A stretch of DNA of 55,475 nt from contig JBEKZY010000040.1 of assembly GCA_049509395.1 (NCBI GenBank), forward strand, positions 1-55,475, read 5' to 3'. Positions 8,909-17,049 of the stretch are shown piece by piece. The notes under the pieces are model-generated. The model made no database searches and was not told the origin of the DNA. It saw only the letters and a list, made by a program, of their open reading frames with translations. This DNA is from Thermoguttaceae bacterium. Lineage in GTDB: Bacteria > Planctomycetota > Planctomycetia > Pirellulales > Thermoguttaceae. The position numbers and the translations under genes were made by a program. Position 1 is the stretch's first letter. Each line of letters begins with the position of its first letter.

Positions 8909-10870
8909 ATGTTTAAGCGCAAGACAGTTTCACATAAATATGCCGCCCGGGCCCGGCCGGAAACCACTATATCATCGGTGTTGCCGCTTGGCATGCCTGT
9001 AGGAGCGGCGATAATCGTCGTTGCCGCGTTTTTGGCATACATCCCCTGCCTTAGCGGCCGGTTTGTCCTGGACGACGACGTGTTTCTAACGGATAATCCC
9101 CTTATCCAGGCCACGGACGGCCCGTACCGATATTGGTGCACTAGCGAAGCGATGGACTTCTGGCCGGCGACCAGCACCACGCTTTGGATCGAATGGCGGT
9201 TGTGGGAAAGCAGTCCGACCGGATACCACGTCACCAGCCTGATATTGCACGTCGCCGAATCATTGTTGATTTGGATCATCTTGCGCAGGTTGACTATTCC
9301 GGGGGCTTTTTTTGCGGCCCTGCTTTTCGCCGTGCATCCGGTGAACGTGGAGTCGGTGGCCTGGATCTCGCAACGAAAAAACATCATGGCCATGTTGTTT
9401 TTTTTGCTGTCAATTCTGTGGTATTTAAAGGCGGACATGCCCACGGCAAGGGTGGGCACTGCGCCTATACGTTCCCACGGAGGACCGTGGGAACGAGAGA
9501 ATGGGCAAAGGTTAAACCTTTACTACTGGCTGAGCCTGGCGGCGTTTGTCCTGGCGATGCTCGGCAAGGGATCGGCGGCGGTATTACCGGTGCTGCTGTT
9601 GGGGATCGTCTGGTGGATGCGACCTTTGACCCGCCGGGACCTTTTGTGCACTGCCCCATTTTTCCTGATCTCCGCGCTCCTGACCGCGGTAAACGTGTGG
9701 TTTCAAACGCATGGCGCGGAAATAGTGACGCGGAGCGACGGTTTTACCCAGCGCCTTTTGGGGGCCGGCGGCGTGATGTGGTTCTACCTCTATAAAGCAA
9801 TTTTGCCCTTCGATTTGGCCTTTGTTTATCGGCAGTGGCACATCGAAATCGCTAATCTGCTGTGGTGGATGCCGCTTCTGGCTGCCTTGGCCGTTACCGC
9901 GGCGCTGTGGCGATACAGACAAACCTGGGCCCGGCCGCTTTTGTTCGCTTGGGGATTTTTTTGTGTGGCCCTTGCGCCGGTGATGGGTTTTGCCGACGTG
10001 GGTTTCATGCAATATTCGCTTGTGGCCGATCATTATCAACACATCGCGATTATCGGCGTAATCGCATTGGCAGCGGCGTTTTGGAGCGTCTGGCGTCAAA
10101 GTATGCGGAAGAAATCGCGCTGGGCGGCGACCCTGGCGGCCGTTGCCGCGGCCGGATCGCTCGCATTGCTGGCTTGGCAACAAAGCGCGAACTACCGCGA
10201 CGCCGTCACGCTTTATCACACAACGCTGCAAAAAAATCCGGATTGTTGGATGGCCCACAACAACCTGGGCGGAACGTTGGCCCGCGCAGGCCTTCTGCAA
10301 GAGGCCCTGGAACATTATGGGCAAGCCCTTCGGCTCAGACCGGATTATCCCGAGGCCCACAACAACCTGGGCAGCTTAATGTCCGATACGGGTCATGTGC
10401 CGGAGGCGATTGAACATTACCAAAAGGCCTTAAAATTGAAACCCGATTACGCCGACGCCCATAACAATCTGGGCAATGCATTTACCGATCAGGGCCGGGT
10501 TCAGGAGGCGATTGAACAATTTGAACAGGCCTTGCGGATAAAGCCCAATTACTCCGATGCACACAACAACCTGGGCGTCGTACTAGTCCAGACGGGAAAG
10601 CTTCCCGAGGCCATTGAACACTTCAAGCAGGCCTTGCAGTTTAAACCCGATTACATAAACGCCTATACTAATTTGGCGTTGACCTATTCCATGCTGCATC
10701 AACCATCGCAGGCCGTCGCCGCGGCCCAAAAGGCCCTGGAAATCGCCCGATCTCAAGAGCAGGCAGAACAGGCCACGCGGATCGAAAATTGGCTGAATTC
10801 CTACCGCGCCGGCGCGCCAGATGTTCCAAATCCTCCGTCACCCTCCAAAACCGCCGCCCCAACGCCGTAA
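8909..10870 (+). CDS. TMTC-like polytopic membrane protein with C-terminal TPR repeats
   Basis: 653 aa. The N-terminal multi-TM domain contains AVHPVNVESVAWISQRKN (DUF1736/TMTC-type motif). The C-terminus has about 5-6 TPR units with recurring AHNNLG. The true start may be the internal ATG at 8993. Confidence 0.8.
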   Translation: MFKRKTVSHKYAARARPETTISSVLPLGMPVGAAIIVVAAFLAYIPCLSGRFVLDDDVFLTDNPLIQATDGPYRYWCTSEAMDFWPATSTTLWIEWRLWESSPTGYHVTSLILHVAESLLIWIILRRLTIPGAFFAALLFAVHPVNVESVAWISQRKNIMAMLFFLLSILWYLKADMPTARVGTAPIRSHGGPWERENGQRLNLYYWLSLAAFVLAMLGKGSAAVLPVLLLGIVWWMRPLTRRDLLCTAPFFLISALLTAVNVWFQTHGAEIVTRSDGFTQRLLGAGGVMWFYLYKAILPFDLAFVYRQWHIEIANLLWWMPLLAALAVTAALWRYRQTWARPLLFAWGFFCVALAPVMGFADVGFMQYSLVADHYQHIAIIGVIALAAAFWSVWRQSMRKKSRWAATLAAVAAAGSLALLAWQQSANYRDAVTLYHTTLQKNPDCWMAHNNLGGTLARAGLLQEALEHYGQALRLRPDYPEAHNNLGSLMSDTGHVPEAIEHYQKALKLKPDYADAHNNLGNAFTDQGRVQEAIEQFEQALRIKPNYSDAHNNLGVVLVQTGKLPEAIEHFKQALQFKPDYINAYTNLALTYSMLHQPSQAVAAAQKALEIARSQEQAEQATRIENWLNSYRAGAPDVPNPPSPSKTAAPTP

Positions 10871-10903
10871 GGGGTAGCACCGGTTCTCGAACCGGTGCTA
10901 CCC
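10871..10903. repeat. solo perfect hairpin of the MITE-like family between convergent genes (possible bidirectional terminator)
   Basis: GGGGTAGCACCGGTTCtcGAACCGGTGCTACCC has 15-nt perfectly complementary arms. It starts 1 nt after the TAA of the TPR gene and overlaps the stop codon of the glycyl-radical enzyme gene (10898-10900). Confidence 0.75.
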
Positions 10904-13318
10904 ACTAGTTTCCATTACCCCATGTTCGGTGCGGGCGATGATTTCGTCTTGGAGTTCGCGGGACAGGTCGCAGAAATAGTCGCTATAGCCCGCCACGCGC
11001 ACGATCAGGTCGCGATGTTGCTGCGGGGCGGCCTGGGCTTGGCGCAGGGTTTCGCCGCGGACCACGTTGAACTGCACGTGGTGGCCGCCGAGCTTGAAGT
11101 AGGTGCGGACCAAGTGCGCCAGTTTGTCAATACCGTTGTCGTCCCTTACCAGCGAGGGCGTGAATTTCATGTTCAGAAGCGTGCCGCCGGTTTTGACGTG
11201 GTCCATTTTGCCGGCCGACTTCATGACGGCGGTTGGGCCGCGGCGGTCCGCGCCTTGGGCCGGGGAGATCCCTTCGGACAAAGGCATCCCCGCCTTGCGC
11301 CCGTCAGGCATGGCGCCGGTGACCGAGCCAAAATACACGTGGCTGGTGGTAGGCAGCATTTCCACGCGGTAACATCCGCCCTTGCTATTCGGCCGGCCGT
11401 CCAGTTCTTCGAAAAGCATTTGGAAGGCCCGGACCATGATCTGGTCGGCGAAGTCGTCGTCGTTTCCGTACTTGTGTGTGCGGTTCATCAGTCGCTGGCG
11501 GAGGATTTCCTGGCCCTCGAAATCCGCGTCCAGCGCCCGGACCAACTCGCCTAAGCGTATGGCAAAGGGGACAGTCCCATTTTCGTTTACACGAAAATTG
11601 GGACAGTCCCCCGATTCGTCGAAAACCACCTGTTTCAGCGAGGAAAGACTATCGGTAAGGCTGCCGATGCCCACGAACTGCACGTAGCTATTGTTGTAGC
11701 GTGCGCCGCCCGCATTGTAATCCTTGCCCTTGCTGATGCAATCGTCGGTAATTACGGAGAGGAACGGGGCCGGCATCAAGGCGGCGTACATCTGCTCGAT
11801 TACCTGGTTGCCGCGGAGCTTCAGCTCCAGGAAATACCGGAACTGGGCGCGGAAGGCTTGCATTAACGCGTCGAACGAAGCGAAATCGTCCGCGGTCCCG
11901 GTGCGCGGGCCAAGCCGGTCGCCGGTGCGGGGATCGATTCCATCGTGCAGCGTCAGTTCCAGAATTTTCACCAGGTTGAAATAGCCGGTGAGTATATAGG
12001 CCTCCTTGCCGAAGGCCCCGGTTTCCACGCAACCGCTGCAACCGCCGGCGCGGGCGTCGGCCAGCGATTTTCCCTGGCGAAGCTGTTCTTCGATCACCAC
12101 ATCCGTATTGAAGATCGAGGGGTATCCATATCCCTTGCAAATCACGCGCAGGGCATGCTTAAGCAGGGCGTCCGGCGTTTTCCGCGATAACTGGATGTTG
12201 CTGCTGGGCTGGAGCATGTGCATCTCGTCGACGATGTCCAAAAGCAGGTGTGAAACCTCGTTCGATCCGTCCGATCCGTCAATCAACAAACCGCCGATAT
12301 TGATGTTGGCGAAATCGGTGTAGGTGCCGCTTTCCGCGGCCGTCACCCCGACCTTGGGCGGCGCAAGGTGATTGTTGAACTTGACGAAAAACGCTTCCAG
12401 CAGTTCCCGCGCCTTTTCGTAAGTAAGCGTGCCCGCGGCAAGGCCCTTCCGGTAGAACGGCAACAAGTGCTGGTCGAGGTGGCCGGGATTGAACGAATCC
12501 CAGCCGTTCAGCTCGGTGATTACCGCCAGATGGCAGAACCAGTAGTATTGCAGGGCCTCGTGAAAGTCGCGCGGCGCATGGGCCGGCACGTGCGTGCATA
12601 CATCGGCGATTTTTTCCAGTTCCGCTTTTCGGACCGGATCGGACTGGGAGGCGGCCATTTCCGCCGCACGTTTTGCGTGGCGCGAGGCGAACAAGATCGC
12701 CGCGTCGCAGGCGATGTCCATTGCCCTGAGCTGCTCCGACTTGGCAAAGGCCTCTGTATCGCCGAGCAAGTCCAACCCTGCCATGGTTTCGGCGATCTGG
12801 CGCTTGAAATCCAACATCCCCTTGGCGTAGATCTTGTCGTCCAGAACCGTATGCCCGGGGGCGCGCTGCTCCATGAACTCGGTAAAGATGCCCGCGTTAT
12901 AGGCCGCGTGCCACTCGCCGGTCATCGCCGCGAAGATCTTGTCTCGCATGCTGCGCTGGCGCCAGTAGGGGATGATTTTATCTTCATATATTTGCAGGCA
13001 TTCCTCGGGCACGGCATAGCTCGTCTTGGGGCGCGAGTCGAGGATTCGCAGGTCTTCGAGGCTGTGGCAGGTCAGTTCCGGGTAGGTGGGTACGGCCTTG
13101 GGCGCAGGGCCGCGCTCGCCGACGATCAACTCATCACGACCCAGATAAATCGTTTTATGCTCGCACAAGTAATAGAACGACCGCGCTCGCATGACGGGCA
13201 CGGAATATTTTCCCTCGTTGGCCCGATAAAAGTCGGTCATCAGCGAGGCCCGCTCCGGAGAAATCGAGGGCGCTGCGTCCAGGCTCGCACGCCGCAGTTT
13301 GGCTGTTCTTTCGTTCAT
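10898..13318 (-). CDS. glycyl radical enzyme, PFL2/glycerol-dehydratase-like family, substrate unknown
   Basis: 806 aa. C-terminal glycyl radical motif RVAGYSDYF, a Cys-x-Glu active-site loop (GCSGCVETG) rather than the Cys-Cys of pyruvate formate-lyase, and KYGNDDD. Confidence 0.9.
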   Translation of the reverse strand: MNERTAKLRRASLDAAPSISPERASLMTDFYRANEGKYSVPVMRARSFYYLCEHKTIYLGRDELIVGERGPAPKAVPTYPELTCHSLEDLRILDSRPKTSYAVPEECLQIYEDKIIPYWRQRSMRDKIFAAMTGEWHAAYNAGIFTEFMEQRAPGHTVLDDKIYAKGMLDFKRQIAETMAGLDLLGDTEAFAKSEQLRAMDIACDAAILFASRHAKRAAEMAASQSDPVRKAELEKIADVCTHVPAHAPRDFHEALQYYWFCHLAVITELNGWDSFNPGHLDQHLLPFYRKGLAAGTLTYEKARELLEAFFVKFNNHLAPPKVGVTAAESGTYTDFANINIGGLLIDGSDGSNEVSHLLLDIVDEMHMLQPSSNIQLSRKTPDALLKHALRVICKGYGYPSIFNTDVVIEEQLRQGKSLADARAGGCSGCVETGAFGKEAYILTGYFNLVKILELTLHDGIDPRTGDRLGPRTGTADDFASFDALMQAFRAQFRYFLELKLRGNQVIEQMYAALMPAPFLSVITDDCISKGKDYNAGGARYNNSYVQFVGIGSLTDSLSSLKQVVFDESGDCPNFRVNENGTVPFAIRLGELVRALDADFEGQEILRQRLMNRTHKYGNDDDFADQIMVRAFQMLFEELDGRPNSKGGCYRVEMLPTTSHVYFGSVTGAMPDGRKAGMPLSEGISPAQGADRRGPTAVMKSAGKMDHVKTGGTLLNMKFTPSLVRDDNGIDKLAHLVRTYFKLGGHHVQFNVVRGETLRQAQAAPQQHRDLIVRVAGYSDYFCDLSRELQDEIIARTEHGVMETSG

Positions 13319-13322
13319 GGCC

Positions 13323-14327
13323 TTAACCGCCGATTTGAATGTTTAGTCCGAAAGACTGGAATGTTTCCTTTGCGCGCTGGATAGCTTGCGCGGTGGGTGT
13401 TTGCGAATAAAAGGGAATCGGCTCCGAACCGTCTAATAATTTACATGATAAATCGGGACCAAGCGAGGCGTCCGCCTCTATTTTTTCGCAAGATACGGGC
13501 GCTCGATCCGCATCCGGCTTGTTCGACATGCCCAGGCTCTTCCACTTGTGGGCCGCTGTTGCATGATAAGGCAGCAGGTTCACCTGGCGTACGCCGGGCA
13601 TTGAGGCCGCAAAACGGGCGACAGCCTCCACATGTTCGGGGTCGTCGTTGAAACCGGGTATAAGAGGCATGCGAATCCAGATGTTGCGGTGAATGTTGCC
13701 CAGGGCCGGAAGATTCTCTAAAATGGTCGCGTTCGACACGCCAGTCCACTGCCGATGCAGCTTGTCGTCCATGATCTTGAGATCATAAAGGAAAAGGTCC
13801 ACCAGCGGCGCCACCGCTAGCAAGTCTTCCTTCGAGACATAGCCCGACGTGTCCACGGCCGTGTGAATCCCTTCAGCCCGGCAGGCTTCCAGTAGACTGC
13901 GAAGAAAACGCGGCTGCATGAATGGCTCGCCCCCGGAGAACGTCACGCCGCCAACTGATTCTTCATAAAAAATACGATCCAAGAGCACCTCGGCCATGAC
14001 CTCATGAACGTTCATTTGGCGGCCGACCAGTTGCCTCGCTCCGGAAGGGCAAACCTTCACGCACTCGCCGCAACGGACGCAGCGCACTCGCTCATCCATC
14101 GCCGAGCCGTTGCCCGACGTTGTGGCTTGCGGGCAAACTTGCCGGCACTGGCCGCAATGAATGCAGCGGCTTTCGATGACCGCCAACTCGTGCTCGGGGT
14201 TGATGCCTTCGGGATTGTGACACCACAAACACCGCAACGGGCAGCCCTTGAGAAAAACGGTCGTGCGGATGCCCGGGCCGTCGTGAATCGAATATCTCTG
14301 AGTGTTGAAAATCAAGCCGCTTTCCAT
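13323..14327 (-). CDS. glycyl-radical enzyme activating protein (radical SAM)
   Basis: CPLRCLWCHNPE (CxxxCxxC) plus two ferredoxin-like clusters (CIHCGQCRQVCP, CVRCGECVKVCP) and GGEP. It lies 4 nt upstream of the GRE gene on the same strand. Confidence 0.9.
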   Translation of the reverse strand: MESGLIFNTQRYSIHDGPGIRTTVFLKGCPLRCLWCHNPEGINPEHELAVIESRCIHCGQCRQVCPQATTSGNGSAMDERVRCVRCGECVKVCPSGARQLVGRQMNVHEVMAEVLLDRIFYEESVGGVTFSGGEPFMQPRFLRSLLEACRAEGIHTAVDTSGYVSKEDLLAVAPLVDLFLYDLKIMDDKLHRQWTGVSNATILENLPALGNIHRNIWIRMPLIPGFNDDPEHVEAVARFAASMPGVRQVNLLPYHATAAHKWKSLGMSNKPDADRAPVSCEKIEADASLGPDLSCKLLDGSEPIPFYSQTPTAQAIQRAKETFQSFGLNIQIGG

Positions 14328-14423
14328 AACCTCGATACTAACGGGTTATGGCGATTTTGTCAATGATTGCATCTTGTCAGGCACACGAGCCCGAAGCGCA
14401 AGCGAGGGAAAGGATTGCTGCTC

Positions 14424-14483
14424 TTGTTTGCACCGCCCTTGCTTGCACCTCCCTTATTTGCGCTGCCCTTGCTTGCGCTGCGG
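14424..14483. repeat. four tandem 15-nt units upstream of the activase/GRE operon
   Basis: TTGTTTGCACCGCCC / TTGCTTGCACCTCCC / TTATTTGCGCTGCCC / TTGCTTGCGCTGCGG are contiguous. They lie in the 214-bp spacer between the msrA stop and the activase start. Confidence 0.8.
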
Positions 14484-14541
14484 TCTAGTGTTGGTTTTTA
14501 TGAAAAGGGCACGAGCAAGTGGTCATCGATAAGCCGCAATA

Positions 14542-15345
14542 TTATTGAGCAGTCCCGGGAGTTTTAGTCTTAAGCTTGTCGCCGAAAACTTTTTCCAGTT
14601 TGATGATCTTCGGCCGGATGACCATTTGACAGTACGGCTGGCGCCCGTGAAGCCGGTAGTAGTCTTGATGGTAATTTTCGGCTGGGAAAAACTCCTGGAA
14701 AGCAGTGATCTCGGTAACGATCGGCCCGTGAAAGGTCTTGGCGGCGTTTAGCTTGTGCTTGTACTCTTCGGCCAGTTTCCGCTGCTGGTCGTTGTGGTAG
14801 AAAATCACCGAGCGGTACTGCGTGCCGACGTCGTTTCCCTGGCGATCGAGCGTTGTGGGGTCGTGCGTTTTAAAGAAAACTTCCAGCAGTTGCTCGTAAG
14901 AAATCTGCGCCGGGTCGAAGGTGATTTGAACCGATTCGGCGTGTCCGGTTTGGCCCGTGGAAACCTGCTCGTAAGTCGGGTTTTTCACATGGCCTCCGCT
15001 GTAGCCCGAGGTGACTTTCTCCACCCCCTTGAGCCGATCGAAGACCGCCTCGGAACACCAGAAACACCCCATGCCGAAAGTGGCTTGTTCCAGCTTTTTG
15101 CCGGGAGCATCGGATGCGGCAGGCTGATTGAGCGGGGTTTCCGCGGATTTATCGCCAAGGGCGGAACGGCCGGTTTGCTCGACAGACATGGCTTTTATTC
15201 CTGTAAATGAAAGAGTAAGCAAGATTAATCCGCCGATCGTGTATTTTCTTGCGGCAGGTCGGCGATATCGAATTTCGAAATCACCATCCGAGACTACGGT
15301 TTCTGGAAACGGCCCGGTCGATTGTTTGATAGCATACATGGTCAT
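14542..15345 (-). CDS. msrA: peptide-methionine (S)-S-oxide reductase with N-terminal membrane anchor
   Basis: GMGCFWCSEAVF active-site motif. The N-terminal hydrophobic segment GGLILLTLSFTGI suggests an exported or anchored enzyme. Confidence 0.9.
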   Translation of the reverse strand: MTMYAIKQSTGPFPETVVSDGDFEIRYRRPAARKYTIGGLILLTLSFTGIKAMSVEQTGRSALGDKSAETPLNQPAASDAPGKKLEQATFGMGCFWCSEAVFDRLKGVEKVTSGYSGGHVKNPTYEQVSTGQTGHAESVQITFDPAQISYEQLLEVFFKTHDPTTLDRQGNDVGTQYRSVIFYHNDQQRKLAEEYKHKLNAAKTFHGPIVTEITAFQEFFPAENYHQDYYRLHGRQPYCQMVIRPKIIKLEKVFGDKLKTKTPGTAQ

Positions 15346-15380
15346 TGATAGTCAAGAGTTTTTTAGAATCTATCTCAAAA

Positions 15381-15477
15381 GTCATCCTGAGCGAAGCGAA
15401 GGATCTCGCTGGATTTTAAATATTGCCAGTATTTCCCATCTTTCTCCACCCAGATTCTTCGCTTCGCTCAGAATGAC
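15381..15477. repeat. MITE-like element with 26-nt terminal inverted repeats
   Basis: GTCATCCTGAGCGAAGCGAAGGATCT (15381-15406) pairs with AGATTCTTCGCTTCGCTCAGAATGAC (15452-15477). There are 2 mismatches in 26 and a 45-nt spacer. It lies in the msrA-msrB intergenic region. Confidence 0.7.
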
Positions 15478-15488
15478 ACAACTGTTTT

Positions 15489-16070
15489 TTAGTGTTTACT
15501 GGCGGACTCCAGCGGCGTCTCATCGAGTTTAAGGGCCGCTGAATTTATGCAATAACGAAGCCCGGTCGGGGCCGGGCCGTCGTTGAATACGTGGCCCAGA
15601 TGTCCACCGCAACGGGTGCACAAGACTTCGGTGCGGCGCATGAAGTGGCTGCCATCTTCTTTGGCGGTCACGCTGGAGCGATCGTACGGCTCCCAGAAGC
15701 TGGGCCATCCCGTGCCCGATTCGAATTTATCGTCCGACTTGAACAGCGGCTGCCCGCACCCGGCGCAGCGATAGATACCGTGCTGATGGCTGTTCCAGTA
15801 TTTGCCGGTGAAGGCCGGCTCGGTGCCTTTGTGACGCAGTATGGCATACGCCTCGGGCGTTAGCCGTTTTTTCCACTCGGCGTCGGTCTTGGGCAAAGGC
15901 TGCAATTCCTTATCTGCTGTTATTGTATTTGACATGGAAACATTCTCCCTTCGTGTTTGAGCACTGGCGCCAAGCGGCATGTTGGCTACAAGACAAAACA
16001 AAATAACCAGGGTGATATTAACAGTAAACCAATGTATTTTCATTTGTTTAACTCCGCTAATCCGCAACAT
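15489..16070 (-). CDS. msrB: peptide-methionine (R)-S-oxide reductase with signal peptide
   Basis: Zinc CxxC pairs ([19 protein letters not shown]), GWPSF and RYCINS. It has a signal-like N-terminus, and an alternative start MKIHW lies at 16043. Confidence 0.9.
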   Translation of the reverse strand: MLRISGVKQMKIHWFTVNITLVILFCLVANMPLGASAQTRRENVSMSNTITADKELQPLPKTDAEWKKRLTPEAYAILRHKGTEPAFTGKYWNSHQHGIYRCAGCGQPLFKSDDKFESGTGWPSFWEPYDRSSVTAKEDGSHFMRRTEVLCTRCGGHLGHVFNDGPAPTGLRYCINSAALKLDETPLESASKH

Positions 16071-16307
16071 TAGAATTATAGAGCCGGTGAGACTCAGGAT
16101 TCTCCTTATTCGTGAACATCCCGATCATAAGTATCGCTGTGGCAAGACGTTAGCCGGTAGTTGCTCGACGATTTAAGGGCATGGACACGATGATCCGCAT
16201 AAGTGCTCGGCATGGTTGGGGATTTATGCACTGATCTACTGATTATTTTCCGGAAATACATGTAGCATTTAAAGAAGGAACTCTGTCTAAAATATTAATC
16301 TCGTGCG

Positions 16308-16889
16308 TTGAGCGTTCCAATATCTTACGGTGCACGCCTTGCCCCATCGCGGATCAGGGTCGGCCTCCCAAACCAAAGCTCCGCGTGGATCAGCCCGCAG
16401 TCGCCGAGTCCGGCGGCCGGCGTGCCGCTGGCCTATCCCGCGACTCGCAATGAAACTGCCTCGCAGATCGAGGCCCTTATTCGCGATGCCGCCTCGTATG
16501 GCAAACCGGCTTGCACCACATGCCAGCAGATAACGGTCCCAAAGACGATAAGCGTGACCTGCATGAAACTGGTCACCGAACAGGAAACCGTCCAGTATCC
16601 GGTTACTCGATTCCAGCCGAGCGTGCAGTTGCAGAACGTTTCCTACTACGAGTTCCAGCCGGAAATTGTAATCCACGAAGAACCGTATACGGTCTAAGTG
16701 CCGGAGAAAAGAGTACGTACACGGCAGGTCACCGAGATGCGAACCGTTACTGAGGAAAAGCCGGAGAAATACACGGTATTGGTCTCGTACCGCGAAAAGG
16801 TCCAGGTTCCATGCCCGGTCCTCCGCTGCGTTCCCGAGCGCGTTGCCGTGCCGGCGGCGCCAAGCTGCGATACATGCCGCGGAGGTTAG
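16308..16889 (+). pseudogene. YTV-repeat-like protein reading frame interrupted by an in-frame TAA
   Basis: ORFs 16308..16697 and 16698..16889 are in the same frame, separated only by TAA (16695-16697). YTV motifs flank the stop (EEPYTV*VPEKR..PEKYTVLVSY). The first ORF starts with TTG and has no signal peptide. Confidence 0.4.
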
Positions 16890-16903
16890 CCACCGTGAAG
16901 ATT

Positions 16904-17022
16904 GGGAGCGTAGGCCTGGTTCTTGAACCGGAGAGAAGTCCTAATAGGATTAAATCAATTTTTTGCATTCCCTTGTTGCCTCTTGCGGCAAAGCCGCCCA
17001 GGTTCAAGAACCTGGGCTACCC
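16904..17022. mobile_element. MITE-like element (GGGTAGC/GGTTCTTGAACC family), degenerate left end
   Basis: The left end is GGGAGCGTAGGCCTGGTTCTTGAACCGGAG. The right end CCTCTTGCGGCAAAGCCGCCCAGGTTCAAGAACCTGGGCTACCC is almost identical to the right end of the 21172-21277 copy. Confidence 0.7.
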
Positions 17023-17049
17023 GCTTGTGCTTAGCCGGCGAGAGGCTGT

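Noticed and set aside
10871-10903. MITE termini as tRNA genes or tRNA fragments
   Set aside because: There is only an acceptor/T-arm-like minihelix. No D or anticodon arms are present and the loop is one nucleotide off the T-loop consensus. No bona fide tRNA or rRNA gene was recognised anywhere in the window.
10895-13384. 219-aa and 338-aa ORFs antisense to the glycyl-radical enzyme gene
   Set aside because: They are shadow ORFs. The sense strand encodes an unambiguous GRE.
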